Part shown: positions 36,692-45,732 of the stretch, piece by piece
Numbering within the stretch: position 1 is the stretch's first letter
Layout of the letters: the number at the start of each line of letters is the position of its first letter
Assembly (NCBI GenBank): GCA_031359905.1
Contig: JANMAP010000145.1
Location: 1-54,969 of the forward strand
Reading direction: 5' to 3'
From: Burkholderiales bacterium
GTDB lineage: Bacteria > Pseudomonadota > Gammaproteobacteria > Burkholderiales > Burkholderiaceae_C
Length of the DNA: 54,969 nucleotides
Made by a program: the position numbers and the translations under genes
Notes under the pieces: model-generated
The model's database searches: none
Seen by the model: only the letters and a program-made list of their open reading frames with translations
What the model was told of the DNA's origin: nothing

Positions 36692-37530
36692 CCGCCGACG
36701 CCGGCCCGGCGCCCGACAAAGGTCAGGGGCAAAGGCAAGGGCAGGGGCCAGGGCCGGAGCAGGGTCAGGTCCGCCTGCAGCAGACCGGCGCGCTGGCCAC
36801 CATCACCTTCGACCGCCCGGCCGCGCGCAATGCGATGACCTGGTCGATGTACGAACAACTGGCCGGCCATTGCCGCCGCCTGGCCGCCGACGGCCAGGCG
36901 CGCGTGGTGCTGTTGCGCGGCGCGGGCGGCCAAGCGTTCGTGGCCGGCACCGACATCGCGCAGTTCCTGGCCTTTGCGGACGGCGAGGCCGGCGTGGCCT
37001 ACGAACGGCAGATCGACGCCGGCATCACGCTGATCGAGCAGCTGCCGATGCCGACCGTGGCGGTCATCGACGGCTGGACGGTGGGCGGCGGCCTGGCCAT
37101 CGCCACTGCCTGCGACTTCCGCCTCGCGACGCCGACATCGCGCTTCGGCGTGCCCATCGCCAAGACGCTGGGCAACACGCTGTCGATGGCCAACCTGGCG
37201 CGCCTGGAGGCGGCCTGGGGGCTGCAGCGCGTGCGGCGCATGCTGCTGCTGGCCGAGATGCTGGGCGCCGACGAAGCGGCGTCCTGCGGCTACCTGCAGC
37301 AGGTCTGCGCGGCCACGGAGATCGACGCCGCCGCCCAGGCGTTGGCCGAGCGGCTGCAGGGCCTGGCGCCGGTGACGCAGGCGGTGGCCAAGGAAGGCCT
37401 GCGACGCCTGCGGATGGCGCAGCTGCCCGACGACGCAGATCTGCTGCGCCGCAGCTACGGCAGCGCGGACTTCCGCGAAGGCGTCGAGGCCTTCGTCGCG
37501 CGCCGGCCGCCGCGCTGGCGGGGTCTCTGA
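36688..37530 (+). CDS. Enoyl-CoA hydratase/isomerase family protein
   Basis: RPAARNA, AFVAGTDI, GGGLAIATACD, DFREGVEAF. Confidence 0.92.
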   Translation: MTADAGPAPDKGQGQRQGQGPGPEQGQVRLQQTGALATITFDRPAARNAMTWSMYEQLAGHCRRLAADGQARVVLLRGAGGQAFVAGTDIAQFLAFADGEAGVAYERQIDAGITLIEQLPMPTVAVIDGWTVGGGLAIATACDFRLATPTSRFGVPIAKTLGNTLSMANLARLEAAWGLQRVRRMLLLAEMLGADEAASCGYLQQVCAATEIDAAAQALAERLQGLAPVTQAVAKEGLRRLRMAQLPDDADLLRRSYGSADFREGVEAFVARRPPRWRGL

Positions 37531-37707
37531 GCGCAGCCGCTGCACCCACGCCGTCCGCAGTTCAGGGCACAGCGGGCGACCGTGCCGCGGCGGCCATCGC
37601 GTGACGCCCCGCTGCAGGCCGGCCGAACATTGCAGGCGAACATTGCAGGCGATGACCGCAAGCGATGACCGCCGGCGATCCCTGCAGGCGAGAAGGTGCG
37701 CACGACG

Positions 37708-38910
37708 ATGAAGCCCGGCGAAACCCAGCGCGACACGCCATCGCCCGGCGGCGAAGGCGGTGCGGTTGATCCTGCAGCCGATCTTGCGGCCCATCCTGCA
37801 GCCCATCCTGCAGCCCATCTCTCAGCCCATCTCTCAGCCCATTTCCGCCTGGCGACCGCGCTCCGCGACGCGGTGCGGGCGCTTGACCTCGCCGCGATCG
37901 CCGACCGCAAGCAGGGCGGTGCGCCGCTCGGCGTGCACCCCAGCCTGGACCTGGCCGTCGTCGCCTTCCGCCCCGCTGCGCACCCGCGCTGGGCGAACGT
38001 GCTGTTTTCGCGCGAGCACCCCGCAGGCTGGGTCGCGCCGATCCCGCCGGATGCCGGCGCGCTGCGCGGCCTGCGCTTCGACAGCGATGTGCAGGACGTC
38101 CACGGCCGCTCGGCGGCCTGGGCGCCGGGTGCCGATTGGGCCGCCTGGTCCTGGATGCCGCTGCACGCGCTGCACGACACCGACGCGCCGCGATTCGTCG
38201 CGCCGTACCCGGCGTCGCTGCTGAAGCTGATGGTCGCCGTCGGCGTGGGCCTGGCGGTGGACCGCGGCCGTGCCGCCTGGCCCGACGCGCTGGAGCCGAT
38301 GCTCACCATCAGCGACAACGACGCGACCGACGCCTGCGTGGCCCTGTTGCACCGCGCCGGCCTGCTCGGTGGCCAGCGCCCGCTGCTCAACGACGTCTTC
38401 GCGGCGCACGGCCTGCCGACGCTGCAGCTCAACGCCACCACGCCGTCTGGCGGCTGGCGCAACGCCGATGGCGCGGGCGTGGGCCACATCCACATGACGG
38501 CCTGGGACACCGTGCGCTTGCTGTGGCTGCTGGATGCCGACGCGCCGCCTGCGCCCTGGCTGCCGCGCGGCGCGCCGCCGCTGTTGCAGCCGGCCACGCG
38601 CGATCGGCTGCGCGGTGTGCTGGCGCGCCAGCAGCGCGACCATGTGCTGTCGTCGGGCAGCTTGCGCGGCCAGCCCGGCTGGGTCGCCGGCCTGCCCGAC
38701 GCGCCGGCCTTCGCGCACAAGACCGGCCACACCGAGAACTACGCGTCCGACGCCGGCATCGTCAACACCGGTGACACGCACTACCTGGTGGCGCTGCTGA
38801 GCAGTCTGGGCTCGCGCGTCGCGCCCACCGATGCCGCTGACGCCTGCGTGACCACCTGGCGGATGCCGGCGCTGGGCGCTGTCCTGCATGCCCTGCTGGC
38901 GGCTGGATGA
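37708..38910 (+). CDS. Serine hydrolase with class A beta-lactamase-like fold
   Basis: SxxK (ASLLK), SDN and HKTG motifs. No clear signal peptide; start uncertain. Confidence 0.8.
   Translation: MKPGETQRDTPSPGGEGGAVDPAADLAAHPAAHPAAHLSAHLSAHFRLATALRDAVRALDLAAIADRKQGGAPLGVHPSLDLAVVAFRPAAHPRWANVLFSREHPAGWVAPIPPDAGALRGLRFDSDVQDVHGRSAAWAPGADWAAWSWMPLHALHDTDAPRFVAPYPASLLKLMVAVGVGLAVDRGRAAWPDALEPMLTISDNDATDACVALLHRAGLLGGQRPLLNDVFAAHGLPTLQLNATTPSGGWRNADGAGVGHIHMTAWDTVRLLWLLDADAPPAPWLPRGAPPLLQPATRDRLRGVLARQQRDHVLSSGSLRGQPGWVAGLPDAPAFAHKTGHTENYASDAGIVNTGDTHYLVALLSSLGSRVAPTDAADACVTTWRMPALGAVLHALLAAG
37768..37839 (+). repeat. Six degenerate 12-bp tandem repeats
   Basis: gatcctgcagcc gatcttgcggcc catcctgcagcc x2 catctctcagcc x2. 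Confidence 0.9.
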
Positions 38911-39031
38911 CCGCGCCTCGTCCTGAAGATCGCCGCTGATGTCCGGGGGCGCTGCCGCGGCCCCGGCGACGGGGCGACCCGCGGCGCAGCGCGGACAATG
39001 CGGATTCCGCCATCGCCGCTGCCCCTCCGAC

Positions 39032-39958
39032 ATGTCCGCCATTCCCCCGCCGCGCCCGGCCGATCTGGGCCCTGCCGTGCCGTCGACCCAACTGCTTTCG
39101 CTGCCGCTGATCGCCCGCGGCAAGGTCCGCGATCTGTACGCGGTCGGCAGCGACCGCCTGCTGATGGTCGCCAGCGACCGCCTGTCGGCCTTCGACGTGG
39201 TGATGAAGGCTCCGGTGCCCGGCAAGGGCCGGCTGCTGACGCAGATGGCGCTGTTCTGGTTCGACCGCCTGCGCGACATCGTGCCCAACCACCTGACCGG
39301 CGACGCGCCCGAGAGCGTGGTCGCCGCCGACGAGGTGGCGCAGGTGGCGGGCCGCGCGATGCTGGTCAGGAAGCTGACCCCGCTGCCCTGCGAAGCGGTG
39401 GTCCGCGGCTACATCGCCGGGTCGGGCTGGAAGGAATACACCCGCAGCGGCACCGTCTGCGGCCAGCCATTGCCCGCCGGGCTGCAGATGACCACGCCGC
39501 TGGCCGCGCCGATCTTCACGCCGGCGACCAAGGCCGCCGTCGGCGACCACGACGAGAACATCGCCTTCGGGCAGCTCGAAGCGCTGATCGGTGCGGCGCG
39601 GGCGGCCGAGGTGCGCGACACCGCCATCCGCATCTTCGAAGCCGCGCGAGCCCACGCGCTGACGCGCGGCATCGTCATCGCCGACACCAAGTTCGAGTTC
39701 GGCCTCGACGACCAGGGCACGCTGACGCTGATGGACGAGGTGCTGACCCCCGATTCGTCGCGCTTCTGGCTGGCCGGCGAACTGCGCCAGGGGCGCATCG
39801 TCGCGCTGGACAAGCAGCCGCTGCGCGACTGGCTGGCCTCCACCGGCGTCACCGGCGGCGGCGAGCAGGCCGCGCTGGACCTGCCCGACAGCGTGATCGC
39901 CGGCGTGCACGAGCGCTACGCCACGGCGTACCGGCTGCTGTGCGGGGATGCGGCATGA
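39032..39958 (+). CDS. purC: SAICAR synthase (PurC) homologue
   Basis: RGKVRDLY, SDRLSAFD, EAVVRGY.AGSGW, FTPATKA, DTKFEFG, DEVLTPDSSRFW, DKQ. Confidence 0.88.
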   Translation: MSAIPPPRPADLGPAVPSTQLLSLPLIARGKVRDLYAVGSDRLLMVASDRLSAFDVVMKAPVPGKGRLLTQMALFWFDRLRDIVPNHLTGDAPESVVAADEVAQVAGRAMLVRKLTPLPCEAVVRGYIAGSGWKEYTRSGTVCGQPLPAGLQMTTPLAAPIFTPATKAAVGDHDENIAFGQLEALIGAARAAEVRDTAIRIFEAARAHALTRGIVIADTKFEFGLDDQGTLTLMDEVLTPDSSRFWLAGELRQGRIVALDKQPLRDWLASTGVTGGGEQAALDLPDSVIAGVHERYATAYRLLCGDAA

Positions 39959-40959
39959 ACACGCCGGCAATCGACGCCATCTCGAGCACCGCGCTGCGCG
40001 TGCACCGCTTCGCCGGGCTGCGCCCGGGCCCGCGGCTGATCGTCACCGGCGCCGTGCACGGCAACGAAACCGCCGGCACCCGCGGCATCGCCCGCGTGCT
40101 CGGCGAGATCGATCGCGGCGAGCTGGCCATCGTGCGCGGCGTGGTCAGCTTCGTGCCGGTGTGCAACCCGCTGGCCTACCAGCGCGGCCAGCGCAGCGGC
40201 GACCGCAACCTCAACCGCCGGCTGCGGCCGCCGGCGGCCGACGCCGACGAGGCGTCGCTCGACTTCGAGGACCGCATCGCCCGCGTGCTCTGCCCGCTGC
40301 TCGCCGAGCACGAGGCGCTGCTCGACCTGCACAGCTTTCGCAGCCCGGGCCGGCCGTTCGTGATGCGCGGGCCGGCCGACAACCGCGGCACGCTCGAACC
40401 CTTCGCCCATGAGGCGGCAGAGGCCGCGCTGGCCGCGCATGTCGGGCCCAGCCGCGTCGTTGACGGCTGGATGGACGCCTATGCCGCCGGCGTTGCGCGG
40501 CGCCGCGCGCTCGGCCTGACGCCCGGTGCGGTCCACGAAGACCCGAGCTACGGTGTCGGCACCACCGAGTACATGCGCGCGGTGGGCGGCTACGGGGTGA
40601 CGCTCGAATGCGGCCAGCACGACGACCCGGCCGGGCCCGCGGTGGCCTACACCGCGATCCGCCAGACGCTGGCCCTGCTCGGCCTGGCCGAGGGCCCGGG
40701 CCTGGCGCTGGCGCCGCCGGCGCGCCTGTTCGAGAGCCTGAGCCTGGCCGAGGTGATCGACCGCCACCATGCCGACGACGCCTTCGCCCGGCCGTGGACC
40801 AGCTTCGACCCGCTGCGCGCAGGCGAGATGATCGCCCGCCGTGCCGACGGCAGCGCGTTGCGCGCCGAACGCGACGGCTACATCGTCTTCCCCGATGTCG
40901 CGGCCCAGCCGGGCCACGAATGGTTCTACCTGGCGCAGGCCAGCCCGCGGCCGCTGTGA
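39955..40959 (+). CDS. Succinylglutamate desuccinylase/aspartoacylase (M14-like) family protein
   Basis: GAVHGNE, NP, RNLNR, LDLHS, TLECGQH. ATGA overlap with purC. Confidence 0.88.
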   Translation: MNTPAIDAISSTALRVHRFAGLRPGPRLIVTGAVHGNETAGTRGIARVLGEIDRGELAIVRGVVSFVPVCNPLAYQRGQRSGDRNLNRRLRPPAADADEASLDFEDRIARVLCPLLAEHEALLDLHSFRSPGRPFVMRGPADNRGTLEPFAHEAAEAALAAHVGPSRVVDGWMDAYAAGVARRRALGLTPGAVHEDPSYGVGTTEYMRAVGGYGVTLECGQHDDPAGPAVAYTAIRQTLALLGLAEGPGLALAPPARLFESLSLAEVIDRHHADDAFARPWTSFDPLRAGEMIARRADGSALRAERDGYIVFPDVAAQPGHEWFYLAQASPRPL

Positions 40960-41016
40960 CCGCGCACCTCACTGCGTATCTGACCGCGCCCCTGACCGCG
41001 CTTCTGACCGCGCATC
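40957..41016 (+). repeat. Five degenerate 12-bp tandem repeats beginning at a stop codon
   Basis: tgaccgcgcacc tcactgcgtatc tgaccgcgcccc tgaccgcgcttc tgaccgcgcatc. Confidence 0.85.
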
Positions 41017-41044
41017 CCGCCAACCCACCCGGAGCAAGACGACG

Positions 41045-41809
41045 ATGCTGAAGAGAACCCTGTGGTCGTGGATCGCGGCGGCGGCCATCGCCGCAGCCGG
41101 CGGAGTCGCCGGCGCGGCCGAGATCAAGGTGCTGACCGCCGGGGCCTACAAGCCGGTGCTGCAGGCCCTGCAGCCCGACTTCGAGCAGCGCAGCGGGCAC
41201 CGGCTGGTGCTGGTCAACGACACCGCCGGCGCCTTGGCGCAGCGCATCCGCGGCGGCGAGGACTTCGACCTGGCCGTGCTGCCGCCGGCGGCGATCGCCG
41301 GGCTGGCCGACACCCGGCGGCTGGCGCCCGGCGCCGGCCAGCCGCTGGCCCGCGTGGCCATCGGCGTGGCGGTGGCCGCGGGCGCGCCGCGGCCCGACAT
41401 CTCGACGGTCGAGGCCTTCAAGCAGGCGCTGCGCGCAGCGCCCAAGGTGGCCTACATCGACCCGGCATAGGGTGGCTCCAGCGGCATCTACCTCAGCGGC
41501 CTGTTCGAACGCCTGGGCCTGGCCGCCGAGCTGCGGCCCAAGGCCGTGCTGGTGCCCGGCGGGCTGGTCGCGCAGCGCGTGGTCAGCGGCGAGGCCACGC
41601 TGGCCATCCACCAAATCAGCGAGATCCTGGCCGTGCCCGGCGCGGTGCTGGTCGGTGCGATTCCGGCGGACATCCAGAACTACACGGTGTATGCCGGCAG
41701 CGTGTCTGCTGGCGCGCGCGACCCCGCGGCGGTGCAGGCGCTGCTCGACACGCTGCTGGGCACGCCAGCGCGCGCCGTGCTGCAGGGCAAGGGGATGGAA
41801 GCGCCCTGA
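41045..41809 (+). pseudogene. ModA-like substrate-binding protein interrupted by one in-frame TAG (41468-41470)
   Basis: Signal peptide, AEIKVLTAGA, RPDISTVEAFK, AYIDPA*GGSSGIY, QISEI, IQNYTVY in one 254-codon frame. Confidence 0.82.
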
Positions 41810-41888
41810 GGCTCTGCAGCGCGGCCCGGTGACCTGTCCGGGTTGACAAGGTCGCCGCGGGTTCGCCGGGTTCGGCCGTGGATGTTGA

Positions 41889-44800
41889 TCAGCGCGGCGC
41901 GCGCGCAGGCAGTGGGGGCACGGTCAGCACCGGCCGCGGGCCGAAATCGGGCCGCGCCACGCCCTGGCGGTCGGCGGCGGCCAGGGCTTCGGCCAGCGCG
42001 GCCTGCAGTTGCCGGTCCTGCCCGGCGGGGCCGTGGGCGTCGTCCTGCGGCGCGTTCTCGACGACCACCTGCGGGTCGGTGCCGTGGTTCTCGACGCCCC
42101 AGCCGACGTCCTTGAACCAGAACGAGTATTCGGGCTGCGTCGTCTCGCTGCCGTCGATCAGCCGGTGCCGCGGCCAAATGCCGATCACGCCGCCCCAGGT
42201 GCGCTGGCCGACCAGCGTGCCCAGGCCCATCAGCTTGAAGCCGTGCGAGAAGATGTCGCCGTCCGAACCGGCGTGCTCTTTGGCCAGCGCCACCACCGCG
42301 CGGGCCGGGGCCTCGTGGGGGTAGCTGGCCGGCGCACCCCAGCGCATGCTGTTCCAGGCGATGCGCTTGCGCGCCACCTTCTCCAGCAGCAGCTGCGACA
42401 CATGCCCGCCGCGGTTGTAGCGCACGTCGACGATCAGCGCGTCGCGGTCGCACTCGCCGGCGAAGTAGCGGTGGAACTCGGCGAAGCCGGCGGCCATCAT
42501 GTCCGGCAGATGCAGATAGCCGACGCGTCCGCCGCTGTGGTCGTGGACCCAGGCGCGGTTGCGCTCGACCCACTCGCGGTAGCGCGCCGGGGTCTCGTCG
42601 GCCAGCGCGGTCACCAGCACCTCGCGGGTGGTCCCGCCATCGGCCGCGGCCAACGTCAGCGCGAGCTTGGCGCCGGCCTGGTGCACCAGGCGGGCCGGCG
42701 GCGGGGTGTCCAGGCTCAGCGGCTGGCCGCCGATGGCCACGATGCGCTCGCCGACACGCGCTTCGACACCCACCGCCTGCAGCGGTGACGCGGCGGCACC
42801 GTCCCAGGCGTCGCCCTGGACGATGCGCGTGATCTCCCAGGCCGCGCCGCCGTCGCGCGGCTGCAGGTCGGCGGCCAGGAAGCCGAGTGCCACGGCCGGC
42901 GGCTTGCGGTGGTCGCCGCCCAGTTCGTAGGCGTGCGAGGTGCCCAACTCGCCCTGCAGTTCCCAGATCAGGTCGGACAGCTCGCCGCGTGTGGCCACGC
43001 GGGCCAGCAGCGGCGCGTAGCGCTCGTAGACCGCCGGCCAGTCGATGCCCGACATGTCTTCGGTCCAGAAATGGTCGCGCTGCAGGCGCCAGACCTCGCG
43101 CAGCATCTGCGCCCATTCCAGCGCCGGTTCGACCGACAGGCGCACGCGCGACAGGTCGATGTAGCCGCTCTTGCGCGACGGCGGCTCGCTGCCGGCAGCG
43201 CCGACGCGCGGCGCGCGCTCGTCGATGGCCTTGGTGGCGTCGAGCGCGCGCAGCTTGCTGCCGTGGCGCACCAGCAGGGTCTGGTGGTCGGCGGCCAGCA
43301 CGAAGTGATCGGCCTTCTCGACCAGGGTCTTGACCTCGCCGCTGGCGAACTCGAAGACCTCGATGCGGCCGACGCCGTCCTTGTGGCCGCCGCGGCCATG
43401 CGCCCCGGCCAGCGGCAGCTGGCTCCACAGCACCTTGCCGCCGCGCACCCCGGCGATCTGCCCGAAGCGGCCTTCAGGCACCGGGAACGCGGCGATGCGA
43501 AGGGGCAGGCCGTCGGTGTCGATGGCCGGCAGGGCCGGCAGCGCGGGCGGGGTGTCGGCCTTGCCGTCGTCGGCCGCCGGGGGTGTCTTGACCCCCGCCG
43601 GTGGCGGGTCAAACGGCGGCGGCCCGCCGGCCTGCAGGGCCAGCAGGTAGGGCCGCGCGGCGCGCGGGAAACTGAGCTCGAACTGCACCGCGTCGTAGAC
43701 CGGGTCGAAGGTGCGCAGCGACAGAAAGTACAGGTGCCGGCCGTCGGGCGAGAAGGCCGGCGCGTAGTCGCGGAACTCCGGCGGCGTGGCCAGCAGGCTG
43801 CGCAGCGTGTCGGCTTCGCACAGCTTGATCGCGGTGTGGCGCAGGCTCGGCGCGAAGGTGTAGGCCAGCCAGCCGCCGCACGGCGACCAGACCGGGTCTT
43901 CGATGCGCGCAAAGTCGCTGCGGTCGGCGCGCTGCAGCGCACCGCTGGCCACGTCGCCGATCCACAGTTCGTTGCGGTGGTTGGCGATGGCCACCCGCGT
44001 GCCGCGCGGCGCGGCGCGCAGCGCGGTGATGCGGCCGACGGCCCACGGCAGCGCGCGCGTCGCGGCGACACCGGGTTCGTGGACTTCGACGGCTTCTTCG
44101 CCGCCGGCGTCGCTGACGCTGACCAGGCTGCGGCCATCGGCCAGCCACTGGCCGAAGCGGCGCCGCGCACCGGGGCCGCCGTGCTGGTGCACCGCGGCTT
44201 CCCACAGCGCGAAGCTGAACAGCTGGCCGCGCGCTTCCAGCGCCAGGCTGTGGCCCGCGGGGTGCAGCGCCAGGCCGTGCAGGTGGTCGGCCGCGGCGAC
44301 GAACTTGCGCGCCGCCTGAGTGCGCGCGGTGGGCACCTGCAGGTCGATGCGCTGCGGCTGGTCGCTGGCCGGGTCGTAGAGCCAGAGTTCGGCGCCGCAT
44401 TGATAAACGATGCGCTGGCCGTCGCTGCTGGCGTGGCGGGCGTAGAAGTCGGCGTGGTCGCTGTGGCGGCGCAGGTCGTTGCCGTCGGGCAGGCAGGAAT
44501 AGAGGTTGCCGATGCCTTCGAAGTCGCTGAGGAAGTACAGGCGCTGGCCCAGCCACAGCGGGCTGGTCAGGTTGCCGCGCAGCCCGGCCAGGCGATCGAA
44601 CTGGCCGCTGCCGGCAGCGCTTTCCATCCACAGCTGGCCAGCGGTCCCGCCGCGATAGCGCTTCCAGCGCGCCGGGTCGGCGGTGTTGCGGCCGATCGCG
44701 CGGCGCCCGTCGGAGCCGAAGGCCAGGTGGTTGATCTGCCCCAGCGGCACACGCTCGGGCAGGCCGCCGCCGGTCGGCGCAATGGTGAAGGCGTGCCAAT

Positions 44801-45149
44801 TGCGAAAGAACGGCTGGCCGTGGTTGCTGCAGAAGACGATGCGCCCGTCGGGTGTCCAGCCGCGGACGGCCAGGTCGGCGCCGAGCCAGGTCAGGCGCCG
44901 CGCCGGGCCGCCGACCGCCGGCATCAGCCAGACCTCGCTGTGCTGTTCGTCGCGGCCGGCGAAGGCCAGCCACTGGCCATCGGGCGACAGGCAGGGCGTG
45001 GCCGGCTCGGACAGCCCTGCACTCAGGCGCTGCGCCGGGCCGCCGGCGACGCTGGCGCGCCACAGGTCGTCGTCGCTGACGAAGACCAGGGTGTCGCCGT
45101 GCAGGCTGGGATGGCGGCAATAGGCGGGCAGAGGGCGCGGCAGGTTCAT
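41889..45149 (-). CDS. Tricorn protease homologue (S41 peptidase with beta-propellers and PDZ)
   Basis: WKRYRGG, GELGTSH, GYLHLPDM, DVRYNRGG, AGSDGD, GQRTWGG, VENHG.DP. Confidence 0.93.
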   Translation of the reverse strand: MNLPRPLPAYCRHPSLHGDTLVFVSDDDLWRASVAGGPAQRLSAGLSEPATPCLSPDGQWLAFAGRDEQHSEVWLMPAVGGPARRLTWLGADLAVRGWTPDGRIVFCSNHGQPFFRNWHAFTIAPTGGGLPERVPLGQINHLAFGSDGRRAIGRNTADPARWKRYRGGTAGQLWMESAAGSGQFDRLAGLRGNLTSPLWLGQRLYFLSDFEGIGNLYSCLPDGNDLRRHSDHADFYARHASSDGQRIVYQCGAELWLYDPASDQPQRIDLQVPTARTQAARKFVAAADHLHGLALHPAGHSLALEARGQLFSFALWEAAVHQHGGPGARRRFGQWLADGRSLVSVSDAGGEEAVEVHEPGVAATRALPWAVGRITALRAAPRGTRVAIANHRNELWIGDVASGALQRADRSDFARIEDPVWSPCGGWLAYTFAPSLRHTAIKLCEADTLRSLLATPPEFRDYAPAFSPDGRHLYFLSLRTFDPVYDAVQFELSFPRAARPYLLALQAGGPPPFDPPPAGVKTPPAADDGKADTPPALPALPAIDTDGLPLRIAAFPVPEGRFGQIAGVRGGKVLWSQLPLAGAHGRGGHKDGVGRIEVFEFASGEVKTLVEKADHFVLAADHQTLLVRHGSKLRALDATKAIDERAPRVGAAGSEPPSRKSGYIDLSRVRLSVEPALEWAQMLREVWRLQRDHFWTEDMSGIDWPAVYERYAPLLARVATRGELSDLIWELQGELGTSHAYELGGDHRKPPAVALGFLAADLQPRDGGAAWEITRIVQGDAWDGAAASPLQAVGVEARVGERIVAIGGQPLSLDTPPPARLVHQAGAKLALTLAAADGGTTREVLVTALADETPARYREWVERNRAWVHDHSGGRVGYLHLPDMMAAGFAEFHRYFAGECDRDALIVDVRYNRGGHVSQLLLEKVARKRIAWNSMRWGAPASYPHEAPARAVVALAKEHAGSDGDIFSHGFKLMGLGTLVGQRTWGGVIGIWPRHRLIDGSETTQPEYSFWFKDVGWGVENHGTDPQVVVENAPQDDAHGPAGQDRQLQAALAEALAAADRQGVARPDFGPRPVLTVPPLPARAPR

Positions 45150-45227
45150 GGTCGGCAGACGTCGCAAGGGCAGCAAGAGCGGCAACGATCATCCCACTCC
45201 TCGCGAAGACCGCTCTGCGCCTACGAG

Positions 45228-45290
45228 TCAAGCCCACATCAAGCCACATCAAGCCACATCAAGTTGGCATCAAGCCGGCATCGAGCCGGC
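45228..45290. repeat. Six tandem 10-11-bp TCAAGCC-type repeats
   Basis: tcaagcccaca tcaagccaca tcaagccaca tcaagttggca tcaagccggca tcgagccggc in a divergent intergenic region. Confidence 0.85.
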
Positions 45291-45437
45291 GCCGACCGGG
45301 CGGGGGCGGTCCGCATCCTTCCCCCTGTGGAGGGCACCCGCTGCGGGGGGATGGGCAAGCTCAGCAACCGCGGCAGAAGATCGCGCGCTTCGGCGCGTTG
45401 GTCCTCGACCCGCCGGCCCCCGACCGCAGGATCTGCC

Positions 45438-45695
45438 ATGCAATTCGACGAATGCGACGACGGCGACTACCGCATCTACGTGGGTGCGCTGGAAGCACCG
45501 GGCGGTGACGGTTTCATCGCCGCGGTCGTCGTGCAGCGCGTGCGCGGCATCGCCGGCCCGCCGCGCGAGATCTGGCGCGACGACAGCCTGGCCTGCGGCC
45601 ACCACTGGCCGTCGGCCGACGCCGCGCTGCGCTACGCGATGACCCGTGCCCGCGACATGCTGCGCCAGCGCGCGCCGGTCTTCAATCCGGCTTGA
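45438..45695 (+). CDS. Small hypothetical protein (85 aa)
   Basis: MQFDECDDGDYRIYVGALE...WRDDSLACGHHW; AGGA RBS, host-like codon usage, fills the gap. Confidence 0.7.
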   Translation: MQFDECDDGDYRIYVGALEAPGGDGFIAAVVVQRVRGIAGPPREIWRDDSLACGHHWPSADAALRYAMTRARDMLRQRAPVFNPA

Positions 45696-45732
45696 TGCCA
45701 GAGCGCGCCGGTCTTCAATCCGGCTTGATGCC
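45670..45732. repeat. Direct duplication with 33-bp period spanning two convergent stop codons
   Basis: gcgcgccggtcttcaatccggcttgatgcc at 45670-45699 and 45703-45732. Confidence 0.9.

Noticed and set aside
37708-38910. Serine hydrolase as an antibiotic-resistance beta-lactamase
   Set aside because: It has SxxK/SDN/KTG but no recognisable omega-loop ExxLN and no signal peptide. It is better left as a penicillin-binding-fold hydrolase.
45316-45352. CCCCC...GGGGGG segment as a third copy of the multi-hairpin repeat
   Set aside because: Only the C and G runs match; the other shared blocks are missing.
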